DNA from: Patellaria atrata CBS 101060
Taxonomy: Eukaryota
NCBI GenBank assembly: GCA_010093705.1
Contig: MU006103.1
Location: forward strand, 372,001-436,000
DNA length: 64,000 nucleotides
Direction of reading: 5' to 3'
This document shows positions 38,430 to 51,135 of this stretch, in pieces. The number at the start of each line of letters is the position of its first letter. Position 1 is the stretch's first letter. Made by a program: the position numbers and the translations under genes. Under the pieces are notes generated by a model, which ran no database searches, had not been told where the DNA came from, and worked only from the letters and a program-made list of their open reading frames with translations.

Positions 38430-38616
38430 AATCCCCCGGGCTAGCCTAGTGGTAACGCCACCAGGAAACATCGACAACCCCGGGGGTCGACTCCTCGAGG
38501 GGGCAAATTGCCCCCATTATCTCGGGCCCCAGTTGGGGCGGCAGATGTACCACGTCCCGCCTAGAAGGCGGGACGTGGGAACTGTTTTTTGAACTTTTTT
38601 TGAACTTTTTTTTTTT
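38430..38616 (+). ncRNA. Candidate Pol III (tRNA-type promoter) small structured RNA, element B
   Basis: A-box TAGCCTAGTGG 38442-38452, T-arm-like CGGGG-GTCGACT-CCTCG containing B-box-like GGGTCGACTCC 38484-38494, GC-rich hairpins, perfect 13-bp stem 38550-38578 inside CAG-ATGTA-CC...GG-GAA-CTG, then T6, T7 and T11 runs. Confidence 0.6.
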
Positions 38617-39640
38617 GGGCTCAGTGGTTTGTGGTTTTTCTGATCGAGGAGAAAGGGGAAATGTATGTAGAGGTGGTGGAGGGTGGTTGCGATTGGAGAA
38701 CGTTGCATGCGTACGTCATTAATCTGTTGAATTTGAGGGTGTTATAGTTGATCTAAAAGCACGATACAGTTAAGGAATAAGACTCGCCGTAGCTCTCGAG
38801 TAGATCTCAGGTCAACCTGAAGACACGGAAGAGATATAAGCAAGAAATACTCCCCGATGTTTAGTGCTAAAACGGCACTGTAAATCACGCTTCGTAGATG
38901 TTCATGAAGGTCTTCCGTCAATCGTACCAGATTACACCGTAACTGTTCGGAACACCATCGGAGACACAGTATCGATAAACCTCATTTCCAACTCTAGAAT
39001 CACCTTCATTTTCCTTACCTATCCTGGTATAGCGGCACACCTACAATTCATCTTGCACGCAGCGGTTGTTGTAGTGTCACCTTCCGTGAGTCCATAACTC
39101 TCTGGGAGAAAGGATTTCGAGTGTATAATGATCCGTATTGAACGTGGTTGAGAAATCTCCTTGGGCTGCCAGAGACGTGATTGTAAAGACTTAGGCTGGA
39201 TATCCATAGGGAACACAGGAATGGGGAGAGAGGATATACGGATGGGGTTGAGAATATTAGAGGCAAGATTGCTGGTGAGGTTAAGGGGTGTGACGATAAA
39301 GATGTACAGAGTTAGAGGATGGAAGTTAGGGAAGTTGAAAATAAGGGGGTTAAAGCGGTGGAGTGACGACAATCAGGGAGATGATACTGTTGTGAGATGG
39401 GGGCTAAGTTTGGGATGTAGAAAGGAGCTTTCGACCGGCTTACTCTATTTATATTCTATATTAATTTTATGTGTGCATGAAGATATATACACTGCTAAGA
39501 GACATCTAAAGCACCGCGTGCTCAACGGAAATAGACATGGGTATCGTGTACGGGGATATGCAGCGACAAACCAGAAGGCTAGAAATGCATCGACAGATAC
39601 CTCCCCAAAGGTAAAAGAGAATACACCAAATCCACCTACC

Positions 39641-41986
39641 CTACCTTTCTTTCATCTCACCATCCACTAAATCCTTCTCATCCTCTCTCTTCTCTCTTTC
39701 ATAGTCCCCTTTCGTAGAATCCACCTCTAGTGTTACAACATTCCCGACTTCCCCATCCTCTCTCAATATATACCTTCCATTCGTTCTTTCCCAAGGCTCC
39801 ACACCCTCACACCCCTTTGGCACCCTGCACGTACCCCTCAACTCTTTCGGCAAAGTCCGCCAAATGACCTCCCTCACTTCCTTGCCTACCTTCTCCATCG
39901 CATCAATGGCCCATAGAACATCAAGGTGCTCATAACCCTCGATGATTTTAGCATGCACGACATCGACATAAGGTTCACGGCCACGCTCGAAGCGGCGAAG
40001 GAGGCGGCGACCATCAACGAGGTCATCGGAGCCGGCTACCCAGAGGGCAAATGGGGGCGCACGTTCGTCGTACCAGGCGTACTTACCTTTGTCATCCTCG
40101 TCATCCTCCGAGTTGTCAGATGAAGGAGGCGTGGTCGTGGTAAGGGCGTGGGGGTGACGGTGATGGTGTGGAGTTTCTGATTCGTCTTCTGGATTCTTAC
40201 GTTCGGAGGGATGCATTTTCTGCTCCTTGAAATACTCCTCGTTTTCCTTGTCCTCAGTTTCCCCATCCTCTTCATCTTCAATTCTGCGTTCCTCACGAGT
40301 GGCTAGAATGCACTTATGTTTGGCGAAGCAGTTTCTTCCTAGCCACCAGCGCATACTCTCGGCGGACACATATACAGGGGCAAACTGGAAGAGTCGAGCC
40401 CGTAGGTCGCGCTCCCAGCGCGCGTCTGTCCAATTGAAGAGGAAGGCGAAGACGCGGTAGCCCATCGCACCGTAGAAGCTAGCCGGTAGTGTAGCATGCA
40501 TTGTCATCATAAACGGAATGAAAGCGTGGATACCGAAGATGACACGGAACATATTCGTCGAAACAATCCGCATGAACTTGAAGTACGCTTTGCCGATCAG
40601 GGGTCCAGCATAGGCGGCAGGTGCGAGCGCGCAAAAGACACTTATTTTCTCACCGATGTCTGGTCGCTGTTCTTTTGCGAGGGCGACAAAGGACTGAGTT
40701 GTCCCTTGGGAATGGGACACAAGGGCTAGTTTGGGGAAACCAGTCTCGGTAAGTACGCGTGATATGAGAGCTGGTAAGTCCATTACTCCCATTTGACGAA
40801 TGTTCCAAGCCCACATGCGAGGGTCTTCATACTTGAGGAGGTTGTGTCGCGGACGGAATCCACAACGGTTGTTGCCCAACCACACATCATAGCCGGATTT
40901 GGCCAGATAGAAGGCTAGACTCTCATCATCGTTGGTGCAGTAAGCGCCAGCGGATTGAAGCAACCCGTGGACAAGAAGAACAGGATATCTCTTGTTATCA
41001 GATTTCTGGGAATCTGGTAGACCAGTTTCATGAACACTATCGTCTTCATCTTGAGGAAAAATATCCGGTGAGTGCGGTTTTCTTTCCTCGGAATTTGCGG
41101 CTTGGCGCTCTTTCGGATTAAAAATGTGCCAGAGTTCAATGATGAAGCCATCTTCCGTCTGTACAAGGAAGATTTCACAATCTAAGCCCACTCTGCGTGC
41201 ATAATACGCTGGGTCACAAACGAGCTTGTCCGGTCCACCTTCGAGTGGTGTATATTCGTCCGAACCAGTCGAATCCTGCTTCTCATCGTTTTTGGATTTC
41301 CACGAATTATCTGCTTCTTTCCTCGCTTTACGTCTCCTTTGCTCTTCATCGAAGAAAGGCCGTCTCTTTTCAGGATTGCGAAAGGTGAGCCACAATCCTA
41401 GATTGCTGAATCCAGCAGGGATACTTGTAAAAGCTGCTCCGAGAATTATGACCAGGAGAAAAAGAAACGACAGGACAGCGGAAGTACACCTGAAGAACCA
41501 GCATTGGAGATTCCGTAGCGGAGTGGGAGGGCCCCATACTGGCAGTGGTGGAAACAGCGGATTTGTTCTTGAGAGAGGTATAGCATCTTTTAACGACGCG
41601 TTGGCGTCCGGACTCTGAGACTCTGCTTCATCACTCGGCCGAACACCATGAATTGTGCCATCTTTTGCCTTTCTCGTTCCGCCTTTCACGGGGTTACTCT
41701 TTGAAGGGTCTCTTCCTTCTAGTTCATCTCTTAAGCGATTGAGCTTCGTGGCCTCCTCGATGGGAACTGCAGGTAGGCGACCACCATTTGCTGTCACTAT
41801 GACTGGGTCTTGGGCAGTTACGAACTTGGCCTCAACGGCTTGAGTAGGACCTGTATTCTCATCCTCTTGATCTGGCGTCAATTGGCCTAGGGTTTCTGCT
41901 TGACGCGCGAACTCAATCGCGTCCTGTACTTTTGACTTTAGATGGGAGTGTGAAGAGCTTCGTGTCACTGTCTTAACCGCACTCAT
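39641..41986 (-). CDS. Alpha/beta-hydrolase lipase / sterol esterase (Tgl1/Yeh-like) with a TM segment
   Basis: VQTEDGFIIELWH, PVLLVHGLLQS, GYDVWLGNNR, DLPALI, nucleophile motif SHSQG, GSDDLVD, YEHLDVLWA. Confidence 0.9.
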   Translation of the reverse strand: MSAVKTVTRSSSHSHLKSKVQDAIEFARQAETLGQLTPDQEDENTGPTQAVEAKFVTAQDPVIVTANGGRLPAVPIEEATKLNRLRDELEGRDPSKSNPVKGGTRKAKDGTIHGVRPSDEAESQSPDANASLKDAIPLSRTNPLFPPLPVWGPPTPLRNLQCWFFRCTSAVLSFLFLLVIILGAAFTSIPAGFSNLGLWLTFRNPEKRRPFFDEEQRRRKARKEADNSWKSKNDEKQDSTGSDEYTPLEGGPDKLVCDPAYYARRVGLDCEIFLVQTEDGFIIELWHIFNPKERQAANSEERKPHSPDIFPQDEDDSVHETGLPDSQKSDNKRYPVLLVHGLLQSAGAYCTNDDESLAFYLAKSGYDVWLGNNRCGFRPRHNLLKYEDPRMWAWNIRQMGVMDLPALISRVLTETGFPKLALVSHSQGTTQSFVALAKEQRPDIGEKISVFCALAPAAYAGPLIGKAYFKFMRIVSTNMFRVIFGIHAFIPFMMTMHATLPASFYGAMGYRVFAFLFNWTDARWERDLRARLFQFAPVYVSAESMRWWLGRNCFAKHKCILATREERRIEDEEDGETEDKENEEYFKEQKMHPSERKNPEDESETPHHHRHPHALTTTTPPSSDNSEDDEDDKGKYAWYDERAPPFALWVAGSDDLVDGRRLLRRFERGREPYVDVVHAKIIEGYEHLDVLWAIDAMEKVGKEVREVIWRTLPKELRGTCRVPKGCEGVEPWERTNGRYILREDGEVGNVVTLEVDSTKGDYEREKREDEKDLVDGEMKER

Positions 41987-43152
41987 ACTACTTCGCTAAC
42001 CTAAAGTTGCTAACCAAGTCACTGCCACACTAGCGTTATCAGAGTGGAGGTGAGGCGTTGAAAATGGAGTTCAAGCTGAGAATATAGAGTTTGTAGATTA
42101 ACATGTGTATAGACTAGGAAATCAGACAGAACGAGAGGGGAAGGGGTATATAGATATATATAGTGAATATTGAATTTTAATTTTTCTGTCAACAAAAAAG
42201 AATGAGAAACATGGCAAGCAAGAACCTGGCAGGAGTTCTTGTTGGCGATCTGCTACGGATATGGGTAAAGTGGCTGAAATTCAAGGGTTTGAAGGAGCTA
42301 ACGCCATCAAAAGACGTCATGTTACACTCGCCTATCGCCAGTATCAGCAAAGAAGATCCTACTGTATCGCCATCGCCTTGGACATGCAGGAAGACTCAAG
42401 ATAGACCTTTGTAGCGGAGATGCCGAGCTCTATAGTTGAGAACGGCTTCATGTTCCTGCTCTCTAAGGAGCTAATATGGAAGCAAGTTCTCGTATCGCCG
42501 AGGAAGGGTACAAATATCACATGTTTGCAATTTGGAAAATCATGCTGATATGCTATTAAAGTGAAGTTAGGGTACCAGTATGGCCAGTCCGTATGATGAT
42601 AGGTAAGATATGTTTTGAGGAGGGAGACTGGAATGAGGTGAGCGGTAAGGTAGATTCCACACGAGAATTGCTGTGTTTGCATGGTTTGTTTTCCTCTCGT
42701 TATCCTTTGATATCACCCGCATTCGGGGTTCCTATTCAAAGTAATATAGGAGTTTAGGGATAAGTCTGATTACCTTATGATGTAAAGATCAGGGACGACG
42801 TCTAGAATTTGATCAATCATTGAACGAGACCTAGATTTGCCGTTCCAATCTTACATAGAAGGAAAAACTCCCTCACATTAGAGACTATATTGATATATAT
42901 TTATCCCTCGTTTATGTAGTACTCAAGATACACTTGTGTACTGTTTACTATCAGTGTAAGAATTCCATTTGAGCAACCTGCCGTGTAGAGGTGCCGTCGG
43001 GAAGTTCAACCTCGGCTTTTCAACCCCAAAGCTCGGAACCCTGTATCTCTGGCCATCACGGCGCGTTGCCGACTACCTCAGCAACCGCAATCTAATGTCG
43101 CCCGTCTCTGGAGAAGTAGAGCTTCGGAGCTCTAACAAAGCATATCCGCATC

Positions 43153-46100
43153 ATGGCATTCGAAAATTCGGCTTTGAACATCGCAAAACGGAAACGACGG
43201 AGACGGAGACTCGACAAACTTCCCCTTGCAGCACATCTAGTCCTCGACGAGCTACTGAAAGGACAAGTCGGAATCCTATCTGAAGATCTCTTCGCAGACC
43301 TCTTTCCAGGATTCAAAAATTCATTTGGTACACGTTGTCATGCAACCTGTGTACATATGTACCATTTGTTAACCATACTGCAGGAAAAAAAGATGAACGG
43401 ACTGACCGGGTTCATCATGTCGCTATTACACCCCGAATGCCGCTCAGCATAACCTCCGCTGCTACTCTCCCTTGGACTATATTACCGGTCCGTCGACAAG
43501 ATACATCCAATGCGGGTGAGAATAGGCCTCATGCTTCTATCCGCTTTCCCGCTGCTTCGCTGGCCCTCCAGTCGTTCGCTCACACCCTCACCTCAATCTC
43601 ACCCAATAAATCCGGGCAACGCTTCGATGTACCAATTGAGATTCACATATCGGATGTCGTACCGTTGGGCCTGGATACAGTGTTTGTGAGTCTAGATACG
43701 GACGCTTTAAAGAAGTTGGATGACGTACAAGCTAAGTTTGGAGGTGGTTTTGATTCTCGTCCCAACCGAGGAGTACCTATCCAGCGAGGGAAACAATCAC
43801 AAGCAAGGGCTTCATCTCAAGATAGATCTTCGCAAAGGGAAAAGACATGGAAAGAGGCTGTTCGAGAAGCTTTGCGAGCACCCAAACTAGTCCATGAAGG
43901 AGATCTATTGCCATTACCACTTCCTTCTCATCCCATAACCCACGTCTCTCCCCCGCCCGCGAAAATTACATTTTGTGAGCCAGTGTCTCAAGGTTTGTTG
44001 CTACCAAGCACAAAGATTGTAATTGTTCAATCCCACACACGTCGAATTGCTTCAAAATTGCCATCATCCGTGCCTGTTCCATTAACCCCTTATGTCGGAT
44101 TTGATGATGGTGAAGATACTTCCAACGAACAATTCTACTCTGCGGCCGAGGACCGGAATCCCTCCCAAGGAGGGACACCCCCTGATGAGGAAGCCTCCGA
44201 CACTTTCGATTCCGAATTATCCACTACTGATGCGGACGATCTCTCTGATGATTCTGAGGACATGATCTCTCTAGATGCGCCTTTATTACCTCCGCATTCA
44301 TCTGGAGTTCTTTCATCATTTTCCTCAGCGACACCACGGCCTGGTGGATTTCAAACTAATGGTGTTGCAACTCCAGGGAGCGTCTTCTCCTCATTCACAG
44401 CAACAACTATACGTGGGCCGTCCCAAAAAGGGAAGGTGTTTAAGGCACAAGGACTCCTCGAGAAGATATCAGATGAATTAATTCATCCCAAACCTAGTGG
44501 TGACGAGGATGAAGAAGCACGGGTGTTTGTAGATACCACAGCCCTTGTCAAAGTTGGCTGCTTCTCTGGGGACTGGGTCAAGCTCGAATCTTATTCTGAA
44601 TCAAATAATCTGGCAATGTGGGGATCATTTGGTGATGAAAATGGAATTGATACAGAGTGGAGAGCAGCAAAAATATATGGACTACCTGAAATTATGACGA
44701 AAAAAGCACCGCGATATCCAATTAATAAGCTTCCTGATCGGAGATCCAGCTTCTTCGGTTTACCGGGTAAACAGTCGACAGCAACAGTGTACATATCACC
44801 AATGATACTGGCGAATCTAGGTGACCCCACACAGTTAAAGATCTCCCCCCTTACAGGACGGCCCTCCGGTGCGCCTAGAATACCGGGCCAGAAGCCACGC
44901 ATCACGGGTGCGTCTCTGCCTCCCTTGGCTAAAGAGGTAACGCTTATGCAACTCTCTACCCCTTTATCTACAGAACGAGTACTCCAACCTAGTTTGTTCA
45001 CTGAATTGAAGACTTATTTCGAGCGGAAGCGGCGGCTAGTCAAAAATGGTGATCTTGTGGGGATTACCGTTGACGAGGCCCTCGGTCGAGCAGTTTACGC
45101 GGGCAGTAATGCAGAGGATGAGACGTCTCTCAATGAACTGCTCAAAGGGATGAAGCATAATACTGGCCAAGATCCAAAGACTTCATCTAATCGAAAGTCA
45201 GTTGCTTGGTTTAAAGTTGGAAATGTTATTACATCATCCGCGGAAGACCCCCCAGAGGATGGATTGGATGGCATATGGGGTGGCATGGCTGTTATTGATG
45301 TTGATAATACTACGATGGATAAAAAGGGCAATGTTCAGGGAAAATTACCTCCGGCATCACAGAACTCATGGTCTTATTATCTTGGTGTGAAGAAATCGCC
45401 CAAGCAAGCTCTAGCATCTGGACGAAATCAGGGTATGGTCGAGCGGCTAAAACCGTACACTTCATCTCTCAGAAGACGGCTTAGAGAACTAATATCCGCT
45501 GCTACAAGCCCTCGAGCCATACATCTTGGTCTTCCACCTTTAGCAATACTTCTTACTTCAACACAGAGGCAAATTGGCAAAGGGTTTGTGGCCACGCAAG
45601 CTTGCGAAGACCTTGGCTTACACACTTTCCCGATCGATGCCTTTGATATCTTGACTGATGGAGGCGCCGGAGGGGGAGATGTGAAAACAGTAGCATTCCT
45701 GGAAACTCGAGCCGAAAGAGCATTATCGTGTGGTGCCGAATTCACAGCTCTGCTTATAAAACATATCGATGCATTGAGCGCTGATAGAATGACAACTTTA
45801 TTAAAAGAAATCCTCGGAAAATCCAGAGTTCTCATTGCAACAACCACCGAAGTCGATAAAGTACCTGAAGGTATCCGCGGAATTTTTAGTCATGAAATTG
45901 AGATGATGGCTCCTGACGAGGGAGAAAGAGAAGGCATTCTTCAAGGCATCGTTGAAGATGTTGGTATCCAATTGGCTGCGGACGTCGATCTCTCTGCTGT
46001 AGCAGTCAAGACCGCAGCTCTTGTTGCTGGTGATCTTGTCGATGTCGTGGATCGGGCGATGCTCGCAAAACGCAACCGTCTGGAAGCGCTCGCTATAACT

Positions 46101-47555
46101 GCCTCCAAATCTTCCCCAGATCCTGAACAAACAATTACTATCAAAGACATAGAACTCGCCGGTGGTAGTGCCAGTTTCACCCTGGCCAAATCTGATTTTG
46201 ATGCAGCAGTTGATGCGGCACGCAAGAACTTTGCTGATGCTATTGGGGCACCTAAGATACCAAATGTCAGTTGGTCAGATGTTGGAGGACTTACACACGT
46301 GAAGGATGCGGTAATGGAAACAATTCAGTTACCCCTTTCACGACCAGAATTATTTACGAAGGGAATGAAAAAACGAAGTGGGATCCTCTTTTACGGTCCT
46401 CCTGGAACGGGCAAAACGCTTCTCGCCAAGGCCATCGCGACCGAATTCTCGCTCAATTTCTTCAGCGTCAAAGGCCCGGAACTACTCAATATGTACATCG
46501 GAGAGTCAGAAGCTAATGTCCGCCGAGTGTTCCAGCGCGCAAGGGACGCAAGACCCTGTGTCGTTTTCTTCGATGAGTTAGACAGCGTTGCTCCCAAAAG
46601 AGGAAATCAAGGTGATAGTGGTGGTGTAATGGACCGGATCGTGAGCCAGCTGCTTGCTGAACTTGATGGCATGAGTGATGGACGAGAAGGCGCTGGAGGA
46701 GTCTTTGTCATCGGCGCAACGAACAGGCCTGATCTACTGGATCAAGCTCTACTTAGACCTGGTAGATTTGACAAGATGCTTTACCTAGGAGTAAGCGATA
46801 CGCATGAGAAGCAACAGACCATCCTGGAAGCTTTGACAAGGAAGTATGTTGTATCACCGAAAATGCTTGGCCGAGAATTTAATGCTTATGAGTTCTATAG
46901 GTTTTCACTCGATCCGTCTCTGTCTCTACGTGCTATCGCCTCCACACTCCCGTTCACGTACACCGGTGCTGATCTGTACGCCTTATGCTCTGACGCGATG
47001 CTGAAAGCTATCACTCGTCAAGCTTCAGCAGTTGACAAGAAAGTCGCTGCGTACAATGCTGATCACCAAGAAGACCCAATATCGATCGCCTACTACTTCG
47101 ACCATTTTGCCCAGCCGGAGGATATAACCGTTGAAGTCACCGAAGCGGACTTCATGCATGCAAAGAATGAGCTCGTGCCCAGCGTGAGCATGGACGAGCT
47201 CAAGCATTACGAACGTGTTAGGAGGACATTTGAAGGCCAAGAGAAGGCTAAGGCACGAGAACGTGAGCAGACAACGGGCCTTCTGCAGCAAAAAGATCCC
47301 AACAGCCAGGTCGGTGGGAAAGCCTTGGCCAAGGGGAAAGGGAGAGGAAAAGGTGCTATCGTGGATTCTCAGGCGGATTCTGCCCAGCACACTTCAGATA
47401 AGGCTAACACAGAGGAAGACGAAGATTCAGATGAGTATCTCATCCGAACAGATAATGTCTCGACGAACGGTTCAGCAATATCGGACAAATCCAGGGTTCA
47501 TGCGGAGGCCGAATTCGGCGAGGCTGCTGATGGGGACGAAGATATGTATACATAG
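43153..47555 (+). CDS. PEX6: Peroxisomal AAA ATPase Pex6; 3 exons
   Basis: Introns 43328..43383 and 46844..46900. Motifs IGAPKIPNVSWSDVGGL, Walker A GPPGTGKT, SVKGPELLNMYIGESEANVRRVF, Walker B FFDELD, ATNRPDLLDQALLRPGRFDK, and a degenerate D1 domain. Confidence 0.95.
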
Positions 47556-49187
47556 ATATGGTAGTCCTTGTCGCGAGTCATTGTACAATAGTTGTCAAAA
47601 GGTTTGAGGGCTAGTGAGCAAGCTGAAGGATTTAGAGCATGTCTCTTTTGTCTCTTACCAGTTACCATGAGACGTTCACCGTAAACCCCAATTCACTCCG
47701 CACGGACTTATGGAATTGCGTATGTACAGTACCTGTCAAGCGAACTAGTTCCCGATCCTGAAGGCAATCAGGGCTCGCTATGTGCCTCATCTTTCCCTAA
47801 CCACTCCCGAGTTACAGGTTGATTTCAACATTATTCTTGAATCTGACAGACAGGGACAACCGAGACAAGTTAAGCTCATACGGGAAGTACCGACATTAGG
47901 ATTTGACGCTTATCCCAAGAGGCCAAGATGCCGTCAAAAATCCCCATTGCGGTTGTTTGTGTAACGGGATTCCGGTGTTCGAAGAAGTTTCGTCCGTGGA
48001 TACCGGCAACCGAATAAAGCGGCATGTTGGCAAAAGGTTAGAGCTTGCGATGAACAACCGCCTGCCTCTAGTTTTGTCGTCTATTCACATTTGATATTCG
48101 TATCTTGATCTGAATTACGATTAGGGGTCAATCTTCATTGGCTGATTTTACAGTTTGGACAATGTTTCGGTGTATTAGCTCTTTTTGCAATGAACGCCTA
48201 TCGTGTTATGCTGGACCGACTGATGCCACCCTCCCACTTCTCTCGACCAGTCACCGGTAAACATCAGACAGTATCATCAATTGTTCTACTCCTAAGCCGA
48301 CCGTGCTTTGCAGAAACCCCCCTCCCCCAAAAGGCCTACTCGACAGTGCCGCACATATCGCACATGTGTGCGTATCGCCGCACGACATCGCGCACACATT
48401 TTTCAACTCCACCTCAAGGGCAACCTCCTCCCAAGAACCCGGCACCAAGGGTCTGTCACGGCCTTTAGAAAACTGTTGGGCCGAAAGAATTAGCCTCAGC
48501 TATATTCAGGTCCCATCCCATGTCTTGGAATTTCTTTCAAAGCCGCGCTGCTGGGATAGAATAGACGCGGTGGTAAGGTGAGGTAGTTGAATACTGCGTA
48601 CTTACTGCAGTATCTGGCCTGTACCACTTGCCATGTGTCTAGATAAGGTACAGTACATACAGTAAGGTAAACCAACAGGCGGCTCGGAGTGTGGAGACGG
48701 GAGGGGAAAGAATCCTCTACTTACCCCCGCCGCCGTTCAAACTCTTCAGCCTGTTCTTCGTCTTGTATGTACATACTCCAGTAACAAAACTCCAACTTTG
48801 GTTACTTACCGTCTTGTAAAACACAGCAACACGGGTACAGAAATTGAATCGGGCCCCTTCAAGCTGAACTATCATCACACATCAGGGCACGATCGTCCAT
48901 GGATTACAACTCGTGGGCGTTCCCGTCAGACTACAAGCGAACAAGGGCAATGATCTCCTTTCCCGTCCGTGGGATGCACATGCCCCAAAAGGTTACGCCT
49001 TACTGATACACCTGTAGAGCATATTCGTACCAAAACTATCATTGTAGAAGACTACTTATCAGTCCAGAGCTCCACACCCAGTCTGTGTTACCCAGAGCGT
49101 GCTGCCCCCATCTCATCTACCCCGTTCCATGATAGCATTTGATATAACTGTATTATACAAAGCTATCATTTCTTTTCCTACCCAGTG

Positions 49188-51064
49188 ATGGACAGGTTCA
49201 CTTCGCGTAGGAGGTCTGTTCAGGATGTGCCGGTGACGTCTATTCTCGCTGGTGGAGATGTTCCCTTCGACCCAAACCACCCAAACTGGACAGCAGACGA
49301 GGAAGTTCTCGCTGCTCTTGGTTACAAGGCCGAGTTCAAACGTGAATTCGGCCTTATGACCACTTTTGCCGTCTCTTTCGCTGTATTAGGTCTCCTCCCG
49401 TCCTTCGCCTCGACTCTTTACTATGGTATGGGCTATGCTGGTACTGCTGGTAAGTTCAAACAAAAACATCTCCCACTTTACTCTATTCTAACGGCGCTTA
49501 GGAATGACATGGGGCTGGGTCGTACGTTTAAAACTTTGACGACGAACACATTATTCACGGAACTGATTCAGATTAGGTTGCGCTCACTGGTATCATGGCT
49601 GTTGCTGCGTCCATGGCTGAAATCTGTTCTTCTATGCCAACCAGCGGTGGTCTCTACTATGCTGCCGCCGTTCTTGCTCCTCCTGGATGGGGTCCTTTCG
49701 CCGCTTGGGTCACCGGTTGGTCCAACTGGTTGGCTCAGGTCACAGCTGCTCCATCAATCAATTGGGGCATTGCGTCTATGACTTTGGCCGCCAAATCTAT
49801 CACGGATCCCTCTTTCCATGCTAGCGATTACCAGGTCTTTCTCCTGACTTCGGCTTTCATGATCATCCACGCCTTCATGGCGTCCGTCCCAACCCGATGG
49901 ATTGCGAATATCAATTCCTTCGGCTCCATCCTTAACATCATGACCCTCATCATCGTTCTCATCATGATTCCGGCAGGTACCAATCGTGAGGAACAGGGTA
50001 TCTCCAAGTTCAACAAGGATAGCGCGGTCTGGGGTGACATCTACAAGGGAACAGCATATCCCGATGGAATTTCCGTCCTCATGTCCTTCATTGCGGTCAT
50101 CTGGACCATGTCCGGTTATGATTCACCCTTCCATTTGGCAGAAGAATGTTCCAACGCCAACGTCGCCTCTCCCCGAGCCATCGTCTTGACCGGTGCAACT
50201 GGCGGTGTTTTCGGCTGGTTCCTTCAATTAGTCGTTGCCTACACCGTCGTCGATATCGATGGTGTTTTGGAATCCGACATTGGTCAACCCTTCGCCGCAT
50301 ACCTTGCCCAGTGCATGTCTCAGAAGATGGTCCTCGCCATCCTCTCCCTAACCATCATCGCCGGTTTCTTCATGGGTCAAGGTGCCATGATCGCCGCGTC
50401 CCGAGTCACCTTCGCCTACGCCCGTGACGACTGCTTCGGCCCCGCCTCCGGCTTCATCAAGAAAGTCCACCCTCTGACCTCGACCCCCGTTAACGCCGTC
50501 TGGTTCAACGCCGTCGTCGGAATCGGCACCCTCTTCCTCATCTTCGGCGGTGAAATTGCCATCGGCGCTCTCTTCTCCATCGGTGCCCTCGCCGCCTTCT
50601 TCTCCTTCGCCACCCCCATCTTCATCAGAGCGTTCCTGGTCGGCGACCGCTTCCGTCGCGGACCCTGGCATTTGGGCAAGTTCAGCATCCCCATCGCCGC
50701 TTACGCCTCCGCTTTCGTCCTCCTCATGATTCCTATCCTTTGCTTGCCGTCTGTTGTCGGCAAGGATCTCACGTGAGTTACTTTTCCCCTCTTCCCCCGA
50801 TTTCCGGTAAATGAAACTATATATACTGACGTCCGATCCAGCGCCGAGACCATGAACTGGACCTGCGTCGTCTGGGGCGGCCCCATGGCTTTCGTCACCG
50901 TCTGGTGGTTCGTCTCGGCCAAACACTGGTTCAAGGGCCCCAAGGTCAACGTCGACCACATGATTCACAACCGCACCGACGCCGTGCTCGAGGGGAAACC
51001 GATGGACTCGGATAGCGGCAGCGACAATGCCGCGCCGGTTGGTGAGAAGAAGACGGAGTTGTAG
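49188..51064 (+). CDS. APC-superfamily amino acid/GABA/polyamine permease (Uga4/Tpo5-like); at least 4 exons
   Basis: LAALGYKAEFKREF, SMAEICSSMPTSGGLYY, WVTGWSNW, GYDSPFHLAEE, SRVTFAYARD, TPVNAVW, MNWTCVV, HWFKGP. Introns 49450..49501, 49522..49576 and 50773..50841. Confidence 0.9.
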
Positions 51065-51090
51065 GTTTGTTTCGTTTTTTTTTTTTGGTT

Positions 51091-51135
51091 AAGGGGGGAT
51101 AAGGGGGATAAGGGGGATAAGGGGGATAAGAGGGG
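51091..51135 (+). repeat. 9-bp tandem repeat (AAGGGGGAT)n, about 4-5 copies
   Basis: Directly visible downstream of the permease stop codon. Confidence 0.85.

Noticed and set aside
47600..49180. TPP riboswitch in the permease leader
   Set aside because: The conserved CTGAGA and downstream CCTGATC/TAAT core blocks were not found on the coding strand.
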